Shown here: piece by piece, positions 49,612 through 59,930 of the stretch
Layout of the letters: each line of letters starts with the position of its first letter
Position numbering within the stretch: the stretch's first letter is position 1
Translations under genes and position numbers: made by a program
Notes under the pieces: generated by a model
Told to the model about the DNA's origin: nothing
Seen by the model: the letters and a program-made list of their open reading frames with translations, nothing else
Database searches by the model: none
DNA from: an uncultured Candidatus Rokubacteria bacterium
Lineage (GTDB): Bacteria; Methylomirabilota; Methylomirabilia; Rokubacteriales; DASRDR01
Direction: 5' to 3'
NCBI GenBank assembly: GCA_963826115.1
Contig: CAWGVS010000005.1
Coordinates: 2,061,137 to 2,125,136, forward strand
DNA length: 64,000 bases

Positions 49612-50501
49612 CTTTCGCTACGCGCTCGAAGCCAGATGTACACGGCATTCGACAGCCCGGTGATGACGATCATCCCCAGCGCAATGGCATATCCAAGGTT
49701 GGGGTTGTGGAGGACATCACCTCGGATCTGCGCAAACAGGAGGATCGTGATGATGTTGATCGCTCCGCCGGTGAGCGCGTACGCGGTGGCCACCGCACCG
49801 AAAGCATTGGCAAACAGCAGGAGCGTCGCGCCGAGCAGCGGTGGCCACACGATCGGAAAACCGATGTAGCGCCAGTACTCCCATGCGGTCGCACCGAGAT
49901 TGGCCGAGGCCTCTCGCCACTCGCGCTTGAGCCCGTCGAACGCGGGCGCCATGATCAGCACCATCAGCGGAATCTGGAAGTACATGTAGGTCAGCGTCAA
50001 ACCCCAGAAGCTCAGGAGATTGAACCCCGTGCTGTAGATGTTGAACCCGAACAGGTTGACCAGAAGAACGGTGACCAACCCTGTGCGTCCGAGCGTTGCC
50101 AGGAACGCGAAGGACAAGGGAACGCCGGCGAAGTTCGAGGCAACACCGGAGAACGTCATGAGCGTGGGGCGCACCCACCTAGGCAAGCCACCGCCAATCG
50201 CCGCATAGGCGAGGAAGGAGCCGATGATTCCCCCTCCGATTGCCGAGGCCGCGCTGATCTCGATGCTGATTCGGTACGCTCGCAGCACATTGGGCTGGAA
50301 CAGATCGAGCACGTTCTTGAGGGTGAACCGACCGTCGTGATCCTGAAAACCCCCAACCACCAGGAAGGTCGTTGGCAGGATCAAGAACATGAGCGCAAAG
50401 CGAGAAAGGGAACGACGCCCACCCACGCCCAGGACCGACCGCGGAACCATCCGGACGTCACGACGGGCGGGGAGGTGTCCGTTTGGGACTGCGCGCTCCA
50501 T
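49599..50501 (-). CDS. ABC permease PotB-like
   Basis: SNFAGVPL, YFQIPLM, WREASANLGA. Confidence 0.87.
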   Translation of the reverse strand: MERAVPNGHLPARRDVRMVPRSVLGVGGRRSLSRFALMFLILPTTFLVVGGFQDHDGRFTLKNVLDLFQPNVLRAYRISIEISAASAIGGGIIGSFLAYAAIGGGLPRWVRPTLMTFSGVASNFAGVPLSFAFLATLGRTGLVTVLLVNLFGFNIYSTGFNLLSFWGLTLTYMYFQIPLMVLIMAPAFDGLKREWREASANLGATAWEYWRYIGFPIVWPPLLGATLLLFANAFGAVATAYALTGGAINIITILLFAQIRGDVLHNPNLGYAIALGMIVITGLSNAVYIWLRARSERWLR

Positions 50502-50615
50502 GGGGATCGAGGCTCAGGTGAAGTAGCGGCTACCGGAAGCTACCTCACCGGGGTGGATCTCCCACCGCAGCTTCCACATCGGACGATCTCCCTCCTCGGT
50601 CGCGGCTGAACAGAC

Positions 50616-50651
50616 TGGACCCCTCCCCCGCAGATATGGGAGAGGGGTCCA
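50616..50651 (-). terminator. Strong hairpin between SBP and permease (stabiliser/partial terminator)
   Basis: TGGACCCCTCTCCC-loop-GGGGGAGGGGTCCA on the minus strand; no clear U-tract. Confidence 0.5.
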
Positions 50652-50735
50652 CGATCCTCAGTCCAACAGGACCAAAAGCCACCACGTGTGTCGATCACTC
50701 GGTCGCCCGCTCGTGACCTCGCCCAAGAGGGTGGC

Positions 50736-51845
50736 TCACTTCGCCACGTCGGCCCCGACGACAGCATCCCACTGCTTGGTGATGATCTCCTTGGAGCGAT
50801 TCTGCTGCTCGAGAGTCGGAAACACTGCCTTCTCGTACGCATCCGCTGGAGGCAGCTTCGAGAGCATGTCCGCCGGCACCTTCTTGTTCTTCACGAGGTC
50901 CTGGAAGCGGATCGGATGACAGTAACCCTTGAGCCAGCCGAGCTGCCCCTCGTCCGAATACAAGTACTCCATCCACAGTTTCGCCGCGTTCGGGTGCGGC
51001 GCATACGCGCTGATGGCCTGGACATATACTCCCGCAACGACCCCGGTCTTCGGCACGACCACCTCGACCTTCGGATTACCTTTGAGGGTGTCACGGTCGG
51101 TGAGGGCGTTGTAGTCCCAACGGATAATGATCGGCGTCGTACCCTGGGCGAGAGAGGCCACCCGGCCGGTAACTGGAACGAGGTTGCCCGCCTTGTTCAG
51201 GTCGGCAAAGAACTTCAGGCCGGCTTCGCCCGCCTTGTCGATATTGCCTCCTGCCCCAGATAGACCCGCCGCGAACACTCCCTGAATGCCCTGGTTGGAC
51301 GTGCGCGGATCACCGCCGAGGGCTACCGCATTCTTGTACGCGGGCTTAAGCAGATCAGCCCAGTCCTGAGGCAGTTCCTTGACGATGTCGGCGTTGATCT
51401 CGAACGCCAGGACGCCATAGTAGTCGCCGTACCAGAACCCGTCCGGATCCTTCGCGCTGTTCGGAATCGTGGTCCACGTGGACACCTTGTACGGCTGGAT
51501 CAGCTTGTCCGCTTTCGCTGACGGGCCAAAGGACAGGCCGACATCGATCACGTCTGGCGCCTGAGGCCCCTTGTTGTCCTTGTTGGCCTTGATGGCCTCG
51601 ATCTCGTCACCGGAGCCGGCATCCGGGTTGAGCTCGTTCACCTTCAGGCCATACTTCTTCTTGAATCCGTTGATGACCTCGCCGTAGCCACACCAGTCGT
51701 GCGGCAGCGCGATCACGGTGAGCTGGCCTTCCTGCTTGGCGGCGGTGACCAGCTGGTCCATCCCGGTCTGGCCGACCGCGACCCCGATGGCCGCCAGGAC
51801 GACCAGGGTAGCGAGCGAAATCATGCGCAGCGATCGGTGCTTCAT
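50736..51845 (-). CDS. ABC substrate-binding protein (PotD/Fe-thiamine-like family)
   Basis: Signal peptide; AAKQEGQL, APDVIDVG, LPQDWADLL, APHPNAAKLW; GAGGAGG RBS. Confidence 0.88.
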   Translation of the reverse strand: MKHRSLRMISLATLVVLAAIGVAVGQTGMDQLVTAAKQEGQLTVIALPHDWCGYGEVINGFKKKYGLKVNELNPDAGSGDEIEAIKANKDNKGPQAPDVIDVGLSFGPSAKADKLIQPYKVSTWTTIPNSAKDPDGFWYGDYYGVLAFEINADIVKELPQDWADLLKPAYKNAVALGGDPRTSNQGIQGVFAAGLSGAGGNIDKAGEAGLKFFADLNKAGNLVPVTGRVASLAQGTTPIIIRWDYNALTDRDTLKGNPKVEVVVPKTGVVAGVYVQAISAYAPHPNAAKLWMEYLYSDEGQLGWLKGYCHPIRFQDLVKNKKVPADMLSKLPPADAYEKAVFPTLEQQNRSKEIITKQWDAVVGADVAK

Positions 51846-51951
51846 GTGTCCCCTCCTCGGGTTCGGAACAGAGCCTCGTGGCGACGGACTACGATCGGTC
51901 ACCGGTGGTGAGGTTGTCAAGGGCGCCGCCCTGTCCCGGGCGCCACGGTAA

Positions 51952-52878
51952 TCATCCCTCGCCGGGACGCGCGACCGCGTCGATCCAGCCTGGGAAATCA
52001 GGGGAGTCCATCGCCGTTTCGGCGCGCTCCCACCGGGCGGCCCCGTAGGCCGAGAAGTCGAACGCGATCCTCGAGATCGCCGTCTGAATCGCCGCCCAGA
52101 GCGTCCAGCCCACGTCGGAAACGATCATGTGGAGCCTGACCCGCGCCACGAGCGACGCCGGCGCTCGGCCGAAATACGCCTGGCAGAGCTCGCGCACCCG
52201 GGCGTCGTCGTAGTCGAGCTCTCGGCAGGTGTTCCCGAGCTCGAACGCCGGGTCGCCGTTTCCGCTGTATTCCCAGTCCACCAGGCGAAGCTGGCTGGCC
52301 TGCTCGATGTAGTTGTCGGCCAGAAGATCGTTGTGGCACGGGACGCTGGGAAGCGGGCGGACCGCCAGCGCGGCGCCGATCTCCCGGAAGACGGGTCGCC
52401 GAGCCCGGTACCCGGGCGGCATCGGGAAGCCGCGGTGCTCGATCACGGCCCGGTAGCTGTCGGCGAGCCCGAGCATGTCGAAGTCTCGAAGAAACCGCGG
52501 TCCTCCGTGGAGCGCGCGCAGCGTCGCCGCGATCCGCCCGGGCATGCCCGGTTCCTGGAGCGTGGCGTTGGTCATGGGCCGGCCGTGGAGGAACTCGATG
52601 ACGGTGGCGCCGCTGTCCGGGAAGTGGTGGAGAACGGCCGGGCCGATCCCGAGGGCGGCCGCGACCCGGGCGCTGTGGAGCTCGTTCGCACGGTCAATGG
52701 CCAGGAGCTCGGTGGACGCGCCCGGGATCCGCACGACGAACGCCCGGTCCTCCACGTCGACCCGGTAGTTCGCGTTGGTGAGCCCGTTCGTCAGGGGGTG
52801 AATCGAGACCGGCCGGCCGCGCCAGGCGTCGATCCGGTCGATGATCTCCTCGACGGTGACCACTCCACGCTTGCCCAT
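51952..52878 (-). CDS. Choline/ethanolamine kinase family phosphotransferase
   Basis: GLTNANY, VVRIPG, Brenner motif CHNDLLADN, VDWEYSG. Confidence 0.87.
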   Translation of the reverse strand: MGKRGVVTVEEIIDRIDAWRGRPVSIHPLTNGLTNANYRVDVEDRAFVVRIPGASTELLAIDRANELHSARVAAALGIGPAVLHHFPDSGATVIEFLHGRPMTNATLQEPGMPGRIAATLRALHGGPRFLRDFDMLGLADSYRAVIEHRGFPMPPGYRARRPVFREIGAALAVRPLPSVPCHNDLLADNYIEQASQLRLVDWEYSGNGDPAFELGNTCRELDYDDARVRELCQAYFGRAPASLVARVRLHMIVSDVGWTLWAAIQTAISRIAFDFSAYGAARWERAETAMDSPDFPGWIDAVARPGEG

Positions 52879-53243
52879 GGGACCCGTGCGGCGGCTTCCT
52901 CGGCGGGATTCTAGCCCAGGGCCTCGATCGCCACCAGGGTCGCGGCTCGCGGAGTGTCGCGGCTCGCGGAGCGTCGGCATCGGGTGACCCCCCCCAACCC
53001 TAGCAACCGCCGGGATTCCGGACCATCGCGCCCGGATGACGCGACGATGACGGTACGGTCGCGGCGGCGAGGACCTGGACGCTTCCGACGCGCCGACGTG
53101 CGCTTCGAGCTCCCCCTTCCGGCTCGGCGATCTCCGCAGGCTAGGCCGAAGCTTCCGCGGCGGTGATGTCGGGAAAACTCCCCATACATGCGGGCTTTCA
53201 CTGCTACGACCCGCCGCGCCCGACACGTAGGCTGGCCGGCAAG

Positions 53244-56135
53244 ATGAGTACCGCCCTCGAAGCCCCAGCCCGCCCGCGCGCCGTGACGCAAGCGCGCCGA
53301 GCCGTCCGGCTCTCACATGGCGGCATCTGGGTCGCAGCGGCGGGCGGCCTCCTCGCCGCCGTCTTCCTGGCGATCCGGTATCGGCTGGCGCTCACGCCCA
53401 CTCTCGCCGAGACCTACTACGACGAGGCGCTCACGGGGCTCATGGGCCTCGCAATCCTCCACGGTGCTCCGCAGGTCTTCTACTGGGGGGAGCCGTACGG
53501 GGGCGCGATCGGCGACGCCTATCCGGCAGCGCTCGGGTTCTGGCTCTTCGGCCCGTCAGCCCTCGTCTTGCGGATGGCGTCGGCGGTCATCGCCGTCCTG
53601 TGGGCCTGGTCCCTATGGTTCACGGCCCGCCGAGCTGGCGCGGGGCCGTTCGCCTTCCTGGCGGGTCTCCTGGTTGCGGTGCCCCCCATCTTTCTCAGCT
53701 TTGCTCAGCTGTCGACCCACGGAGAGAGCTCCGCGCTGGCCTTCGGCACGCTGGCCCTGGCCAGCGCCGCGTACCTGATCGATGCGCGCGCGATTCGGGC
53801 ACGGGCCGCGGCCTGGGCGATCCTCGGCATCGCCTCGGGTCTCAGCTGGTGGTCGAGCCAGATCGGGACGATGCTGCTCCTCGCTGCCGCCGTCGTGCTC
53901 ACCGTCGCGCGGCCCCAGGTCCTCCGGAGCCCCGGGCCCTATGCGGCTCTCGCGCTCTTCTTCATCGTGAGCTGGCCCTTCTGGCTGTGGAACGCGCACC
54001 ACGACTGGGCCACGTTTCGCCACCTCGCGACCTGGGGCGGACCGCTGCCGCCGTGGCGCAGTCGGTTCAAGATCCTGGGCGAGACGCTCGTCATGAGCCT
54101 GCGCGACTACTTCTGGGACGGAAAGGTGGTGCGGCTGCCGCCATGGGCTCGGCTCCTGAGCTGGGTCGCGCTGTTGGGCGTATACGTGCCGGGTCTGCTC
54201 GTCGCGGTGGGTCGGGCGGTCACGTGGACCCAGCGGATCCGACGGCGCGAGCGGCCGTGGCGGGACGCCCTGGATCTCGTCGTGGTGGCGTTCTGGGCAA
54301 CCGTGGCGGCCCACCTCTTGACCTGGTTCGGCACGTCCACCGTGCTCCGCTACGCGATGACCTTCCAGGGAACCCTGCCGGTGCTCTGCGCGATGGCGCT
54401 GGCACGCCTGGCCACCGTCGGAGGCACCCCCGTCGCAGGTCTCCTCGCGGCGGCGCTCCTCAGCTTCAACCTGGCCACTCACGTCGCCTTTGTGAGGGAC
54501 GGGAGAGCCGAGCCCTGGCGACCCGTCGACGCGGCCATTGGACGGCTCGAGGCGCTCGGAATCCACGCGTGCTACGCGGACGGACGGGTCTCCCAGGTCC
54601 TCACGTTCGAGTCCAACGAGCGGGTCCGCTGCTCCGACTACGTCGGATACCGGGACTATGCCCTCCTCGACGCCGTCGACCGGGTCGACGATCCCTCCGC
54701 CGTGGCGATCGTCACGCATCGCACCCTGCAGCACCCTCACCCCCAGGTCATGGCCAAGGCGCTCGACCTCGCCGGCGCTCGATACGAGCGAGAGAATGTC
54801 GGTGACTACACGATCTTCCACGGCTTCGCGGCCCCGGGCCCCGTGAGGCCAATCGTCCCGTCGGGATGGCTCGCGCGTGCGTCGTCTCGGACCGAAGCCG
54901 CCGGCCTGGCGCTCGACCGCCGCGTGTGGACCCGCTGGACGGCCCCCCAGAAGAACGGCCAGTGGTTCCAGCTGGACCTTGGACAACCTCATCCCGTCGC
55001 GCAGCTGACGCTTGCCGCGGGTCCCTGGCCGAGCGACGCGCCGAAGGGACTCCGTGTGGAGACCTCCGTCGACGGCGCGACCTGGAGGACCGTGGCATCG
55101 GCCCGGGAGGTGCTCGCCGGGCTCCACTGGTGGAAGGGTCATCCCCGGCTCGACGACAGCGGCAGGGTCATCGTCCGCATGGAGCCACGACTCACTCGTT
55201 ACGTGCGCCTCACCCAGACCGAGAAGGGCGACCCCGGCACGGTGTGGAGCATCGCCGAGCTGTTCGTCTACGAGCCGGCCACGACGCCGTGGGAGCCTCC
55301 CGCCGAGGCCGCCGAGGCCGCGACCGCCGCCGAGCGCCAGCTGGACCACTGGATGGACGACCCCCAGGGACCGAACCCGATCCGCGCCCCCGTGACATAC
55401 GAGCACCGACGGGCGCAGGTCCCCTGGAGCGCGGTGTTCGCCGGCACGAGTCGGGCCCTCGCCCTCGCGCCCGAGTGGGAAGGCGCGCACCTCCTCTACG
55501 GCAGGGCCCTCACGCGGGCGGGCTGGTCGGAGACGTTCGATCTCGACGTCGAGCGAGCTGCGGCCGACCAGGCATGGTCCGAGGTCGTCCGCTGGGCCGA
55601 GGAGGCGGAGACCGTCCCGGAGGGGCTGTGGCGCCACGGTCGCCTGGAGCACTGGGCCGAGGCGCTCGACAAGCTCGGCCGAGGCGACGCCGCCGCGGCG
55701 ATCAGGCTGCGATCAGCCCCGGCACCCGATCGCCCCACCAGAGTCCGATTCGGAGAGGCCCTCGATCTGGTCGGTGTGGACCTGCCTCCCGAGGTCCGAC
55801 CGGGTGAAACCGTGACGGTGCGCTACCACTGGCGGCTGGCGCAATCTCTCCGACAGGACTACTGGGTCTTTCTCCACATCCGGGGCCTGAAGGACGCCCG
55901 CAACCACGATCAGCCGATCGGGGCCGGGAACTTCGGCACCTCGCACTGGTCTCCGGGAGAGGAGGTCCGGCAGAGCGTGACGTTTCGCGTGCCGGACGAC
56001 ACCCCGCCCGGCCGCTACCCACTCCACGCGGGTGTCTGGCTACCCTGGACCGGCAAGCAGCTCAGGCCGAGCGCGACCGAGCTCTCCATCGTCCACCGGG
56101 CCGTGGTGGTCGGGAGCCTGACCGTCACCCGCTGA
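53244..56135 (+). CDS. GT-C (ArnT/PMT-like) membrane glycosyltransferase with discoidin (F5/8 type C) and C-terminal Ig-like domains
   Basis: YYDEA after TM1; many TMs; ALDRRVWTRW...QWFQLDLG...SVDGATW...RYVRLTQ...WSIAEL; YWVFLH...GRYPLHAGVW. Confidence 0.78.
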   Translation: MSTALEAPARPRAVTQARRAVRLSHGGIWVAAAGGLLAAVFLAIRYRLALTPTLAETYYDEALTGLMGLAILHGAPQVFYWGEPYGGAIGDAYPAALGFWLFGPSALVLRMASAVIAVLWAWSLWFTARRAGAGPFAFLAGLLVAVPPIFLSFAQLSTHGESSALAFGTLALASAAYLIDARAIRARAAAWAILGIASGLSWWSSQIGTMLLLAAAVVLTVARPQVLRSPGPYAALALFFIVSWPFWLWNAHHDWATFRHLATWGGPLPPWRSRFKILGETLVMSLRDYFWDGKVVRLPPWARLLSWVALLGVYVPGLLVAVGRAVTWTQRIRRRERPWRDALDLVVVAFWATVAAHLLTWFGTSTVLRYAMTFQGTLPVLCAMALARLATVGGTPVAGLLAAALLSFNLATHVAFVRDGRAEPWRPVDAAIGRLEALGIHACYADGRVSQVLTFESNERVRCSDYVGYRDYALLDAVDRVDDPSAVAIVTHRTLQHPHPQVMAKALDLAGARYERENVGDYTIFHGFAAPGPVRPIVPSGWLARASSRTEAAGLALDRRVWTRWTAPQKNGQWFQLDLGQPHPVAQLTLAAGPWPSDAPKGLRVETSVDGATWRTVASAREVLAGLHWWKGHPRLDDSGRVIVRMEPRLTRYVRLTQTEKGDPGTVWSIAELFVYEPATTPWEPPAEAAEAATAAERQLDHWMDDPQGPNPIRAPVTYEHRRAQVPWSAVFAGTSRALALAPEWEGAHLLYGRALTRAGWSETFDLDVERAAADQAWSEVVRWAEEAETVPEGLWRHGRLEHWAEALDKLGRGDAAAAIRLRSAPAPDRPTRVRFGEALDLVGVDLPPEVRPGETVTVRYHWRLAQSLRQDYWVFLHIRGLKDARNHDQPIGAGNFGTSHWSPGEEVRQSVTFRVPDDTPPGRYPLHAGVWLPWTGKQLRPSATELSIVHRAVVVGSLTVTR

Positions 56136-56237
56136 ATCCGAGCGCGACGGGGGCGCCACGCGGTGCGATGCCCGTCGCGACGTGGCTTCGGGAAGAGTCC
56201 GGATTCTGGCCGAGCGGCGCCTGCCGTCCACCCCGCA

Positions 56238-57815
56238 TCAGAGATCGTTGCCCGAGTACGACTGGTTGAACGACTTGTTGCAGAGCGGGAAGTCGGGAAC
56301 GATGTTCTTCAGCAGCGCGTACGACAGCGGACGCCAGTTCAGGAACGAGGGGTCAAAGATCTTGACGCGCTCGAGCCGGCCGCTCCCGTCGGTCATCAGC
56401 CAGTGAACGATCCGCCCGCGCCATCCCTCCACTAGCGCGAAGGCCGGCTCGAAGGCCGGCAATGGGCCCGGAGCCGACTCCAGCGGTCCCACCGGCAGCC
56501 CCCCGACCGCTTGCTCGATCAGCTTCACCGATTCCCTCGCCTCCTGGACTCGGATCAGCGTGCGCGCCTTCACGTCGCCGGATTCGAGCACGGGCACTCC
56601 GAACGACAGCTCCCCGTAGGCCGCGAACGGATGGTCGCGCCGCGCGTCGACGTCCAGGCCGGACGCGCGCGCCACGAAGCCGAGGACTCCGTGGTCACGC
56701 GCGATCCGGGTCGTCAGGCGGCCAGTACCTTCGAGTCGATCGGCCACCAGCGTGTTGCCGAGGCTGATCTCGACGATCTCGTCGAAGTCCGCCAGGGCCC
56801 CGCGCACCTCGGAGACCACGTCCAGCCCACCCGGCAGGTCCGTCCGGACACCGCCGGGATGGAGAGTTCCCCGCAGCAGCCGGTGACCCGTCAGGCGCTT
56901 GTTCAGGCGCATGAGCCGCTCGCGGATCCGGAAGCAGTGCGAGTGAGCCACGCCGAAGCCCGTGTCGTTGGCGATCATCCCGAAGTCTCCGACGTGGTTG
57001 TAGAGGCGCTCGAGCTCGAGCAGCAGCACGCGCAGGTACCGCGCCCGAGGCGGCACGACGGTGCGGCTCAGCGCCTCCACCGCCTGACAGTAGGCCAGCG
57101 CGTGCCCGACGCTCGTGTCGCCTGACACGCGCTCAGCCAGCTCCACCCCATCCTCCGGCGCACGTCCTTCGAAGAGCTTCTCGGTCCCCTTGTGCGTGAA
57201 GTACAGCCGGGACTTCATATCGATGATCGTCTCGCCCACGACGCTGAAGCGGAAGTGGCCGGGCTCGATGATGCCCGCGTGCACCGGTCCCACCGGGATC
57301 TCGTACACTCCCTCGCCGCCGACCTGCCTGAACGGAAAGGCCTGGCCGTCATCGTGGAAATCCCGGGGGACGGCGTCCTTCCGGAGGGGGAAGAAGTCCT
57401 CCGGCCAGAACGCGTGCCGCACCAGCGGCCGGGGATCGGGATGCCCCCGAGCCCCAATGCCGAAAAGATCGAAGATCTCACGCTCGAACCGTGACGCCGG
57501 ATAGTGGAAGGTGGCTAGCGACGGGATCTCGGGTCGCTCGGCGGACACGGCCACCGTCACGTGGACGAACCAGTTCCCGGCACCCTGGCCGAACAGGTAG
57601 TGGACCTCGAACCCTCCGCGATTCGACCGGCAGTCGGCTCCTACCATCAGGATGAGGTCGGCCCCGAAGCTCGAGTGCAGCCACCTCGCGAGCGCCGGCA
57701 CCTCCTCGGCCGCGATCGTGCAGCGAAGCTCCCGAGGCCCGTGAAGGCGCACCCCGGCGACGCGGCCCTGAAACTGCCGACTGAGCGACGTAACCAGGCT
57801 TTCGAAGGCCGTCAT
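56238..57815 (-). CDS. HyfG/NuoCD-like large subunit lacking NiFe-binding CxxC motifs (EhrL-like)
   Basis: ERE..DLFG, VGPVHAGIIEPGHF, HKGTEK; L1 site reads ERVSGDT and L2 site reads PLCNKSFNQSY. Confidence 0.88.
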   Translation of the reverse strand: MTAFESLVTSLSRQFQGRVAGVRLHGPRELRCTIAAEEVPALARWLHSSFGADLILMVGADCRSNRGGFEVHYLFGQGAGNWFVHVTVAVSAERPEIPSLATFHYPASRFEREIFDLFGIGARGHPDPRPLVRHAFWPEDFFPLRKDAVPRDFHDDGQAFPFRQVGGEGVYEIPVGPVHAGIIEPGHFRFSVVGETIIDMKSRLYFTHKGTEKLFEGRAPEDGVELAERVSGDTSVGHALAYCQAVEALSRTVVPPRARYLRVLLLELERLYNHVGDFGMIANDTGFGVAHSHCFRIRERLMRLNKRLTGHRLLRGTLHPGGVRTDLPGGLDVVSEVRGALADFDEIVEISLGNTLVADRLEGTGRLTTRIARDHGVLGFVARASGLDVDARRDHPFAAYGELSFGVPVLESGDVKARTLIRVQEARESVKLIEQAVGGLPVGPLESAPGPLPAFEPAFALVEGWRGRIVHWLMTDGSGRLERVKIFDPSFLNWRPLSYALLKNIVPDFPLCNKSFNQSYSGNDL

Positions 57816-59263
57816 GGCCCCACGATCTCGACGATCTGGGCAAGGAGGCGCGCCAGCGGCGCCGGGACGAACAGACCCAGGACGACCAGCACCGCCATGC
57901 ACAGAACGAGGGGCGCCAGCCGCCAGCGATCCTCCTTCCCGAGGAGCACGCCGGCGGGCGGCGCTCCGTACAGCATCCGGTTCGCGTGGGTCACGAACCC
58001 GACACAGGCCACGGTCAAGAGCGCCAGCACGATCCCCATGAGCCAGGGTCGCCCGACCGCAAAGCCGGCCCGCACCAGCGCGAACTCCGAGACGAACAGG
58101 CCGAACGGCGGCAGGCCCACCAACGCCAGGGCTCCGGCCAGGAACAGCCAGCCCGTTCCCGGCATCGACTGGAGCAGGCCGGTCACGCGCGCGATGTCAG
58201 CCGTTCCGTATCGGCGGAGGACTCGCCCGGCCAGCAGGAACATCGTGGACTTCGCCAGCGTGTGGTTGAGGAGATGCAGCATCGCCGCGATCGTCCCCGG
58301 CGGCCCCAGCGTCAGCCCTACGCACACGAGGCCCATGTGCTCGATGCTCGAGTAGGCGAGCATCCGCTTGTAGTTCCGCTGCATCACGAGGCTGAATGCC
58401 GCGATTGCGAGTGACAGGACGCCCAAGACGGCGAGAAACCGGTTCGGAAAGGCGGCGCCGACGGCAATGCTCACCACCGCCTTCCAGCGGACGATCGCGT
58501 AGAGCGCCACCGCCAGCAGCACGCCCGACATCATGGCCGAGAGGGGCGCGGGCGCCTCGGCGTGGGCGTCGGGAAGCCACGTGTGCATCGGCGCGAGCCC
58601 GGCCTTCGTCCCGTAACCCACCAGGATGAACACGAACGCCAGCTCCATGACTTCGGGGTGGAGCGCGGGCGCGGCGGCTCTCAGCACGGTCCAGTTCAGA
58701 ACCGCCTCCTGCGGGTCGGCCAGCCTCACGAAGTCGAAATACGCGAGCACGGTGCCGGCGAAGGCAAGGGCGATGCCCACCGACCCCAGCAGCACGTACT
58801 TCCAGGACGCTTCGACCGACGCCTTGGTGACGTCGAGCGCGATCAGCATGGCGGAGGTGATGGTGGTGGCCTCGATCGCCACCCACATCAGACCGACGTT
58901 ATTGGTCGTGACCGCACCGAGCATGGTGAAGCCGAACAGGTTGACGAAGATGTGGAAGCGACGGGTCCGCCGGGGCTCGTCGCTCCGATCGAACCCCGGG
59001 CCGAGCCACGTCGCTAGCACCGTGACCACCGAGACGCAAACCGCGAGCAGCGCCGACAGGGCATCCGCCCGGAGGACATCCTGCCACCCCGCCACCACGA
59101 CCTTGTCCGCCAGGACCTGCCGCCCCAGCGCGAGGGCCGCACCGAGCGAGACGAGGGACAGGCCTGCGTTCGTCCAGCCGACGGCCCGCCGGAAGGGCAC
59201 GGTGACCAGGGCGAGCAGCGCCGCCAGCAACGGCGGGCCGAGCAGGAATCCGAAGGTGCGCAC
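57812..59263 (-). CDS. hyfF: Hydrogenase-4 component F-like antiporter subunit
   Basis: WVAIEATT, EASWKY, GYGTKAGLAPMHTWLPDAH, KRMLAYSSIEH. Confidence 0.88.
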   Translation of the reverse strand: MRTFGFLLGPPLLAALLALVTVPFRRAVGWTNAGLSLVSLGAALALGRQVLADKVVVAGWQDVLRADALSALLAVCVSVVTVLATWLGPGFDRSDEPRRTRRFHIFVNLFGFTMLGAVTTNNVGLMWVAIEATTITSAMLIALDVTKASVEASWKYVLLGSVGIALAFAGTVLAYFDFVRLADPQEAVLNWTVLRAAAPALHPEVMELAFVFILVGYGTKAGLAPMHTWLPDAHAEAPAPLSAMMSGVLLAVALYAIVRWKAVVSIAVGAAFPNRFLAVLGVLSLAIAAFSLVMQRNYKRMLAYSSIEHMGLVCVGLTLGPPGTIAAMLHLLNHTLAKSTMFLLAGRVLRRYGTADIARVTGLLQSMPGTGWLFLAGALALVGLPPFGLFVSEFALVRAGFAVGRPWLMGIVLALLTVACVGFVTHANRMLYGAPPAGVLLGKEDRWRLAPLVLCMAVLVVLGLFVPAPLARLLAQIVEIVGP

Positions 59264-59269
59264 CGCTCC

Positions 59270-59926
59270 TCAGTGCCTCAGCCGACTCAGGCGCTCGACG
59301 TCCATGCTCTCGAACGTCTCGTGGATCTGATAGACGAAGATCTGCATGACCAGGAACCCGAGTAGGGCGTCCAGGAAGACGCCCAGTTCCACGATCAGGG
59401 GGATGCCATAGGTGCCGAGAACGGCCAGGAGCGTCAGGCCGTTCTCCAGCATCAGGAAGCCGATCACCTGCGTGATCGCCTTCTTGCGGCTGACCAGGAC
59501 GAACAGGCTGACCAGGATGAGCCCCATGGCGAGCGGCATCCCCGCCCGGGTCGGCAGGCGGCTGAGCGCCACCAGGGGGCGCGAGATTACGTAGCCCACG
59601 AGCACCAGCAGGCCGGCGATGACGAGCGACGTCGCCGTGTTCACATAGGGCTCCAGCTCGCGCTCGGTGCGGAAGCGACGCTCCATGCGCCGGAGGAGCG
59701 ACGGAATCGCGACTCCCTTCACGGCCAAGAGCAACGCGGCCACCCAGTAGAGGTCCGGGCGCTGGCCGTAGTACCCGACGACGGTCGCGACACCAGCGAG
59801 CACGGTCGACTGCCATGCGAAGGCGTTCACGTAGGCCGGGACGCCGCGGCGCCCCAGGACGACGAACACGAAGAGCAGGATCAGGCTCGAGCCGAGGACG
59901 GACAGTTGGGAGAACGTCGCCGTCAT
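59270..59926 (-). CDS. hyfE: Hydrogenase-4 component E-like membrane subunit
   Basis: KGVAIP, QVIGFLMLENG, ELGVFLD. Confidence 0.87.
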   Translation of the reverse strand: MTATFSQLSVLGSSLILLFVFVVLGRRGVPAYVNAFAWQSTVLAGVATVVGYYGQRPDLYWVAALLLAVKGVAIPSLLRRMERRFRTERELEPYVNTATSLVIAGLLVLVGYVISRPLVALSRLPTRAGMPLAMGLILVSLFVLVSRKKAITQVIGFLMLENGLTLLAVLGTYGIPLIVELGVFLDALLGFLVMQIFVYQIHETFESMDVERLSRLRH

Positions 59927-59930
59927 CGGA

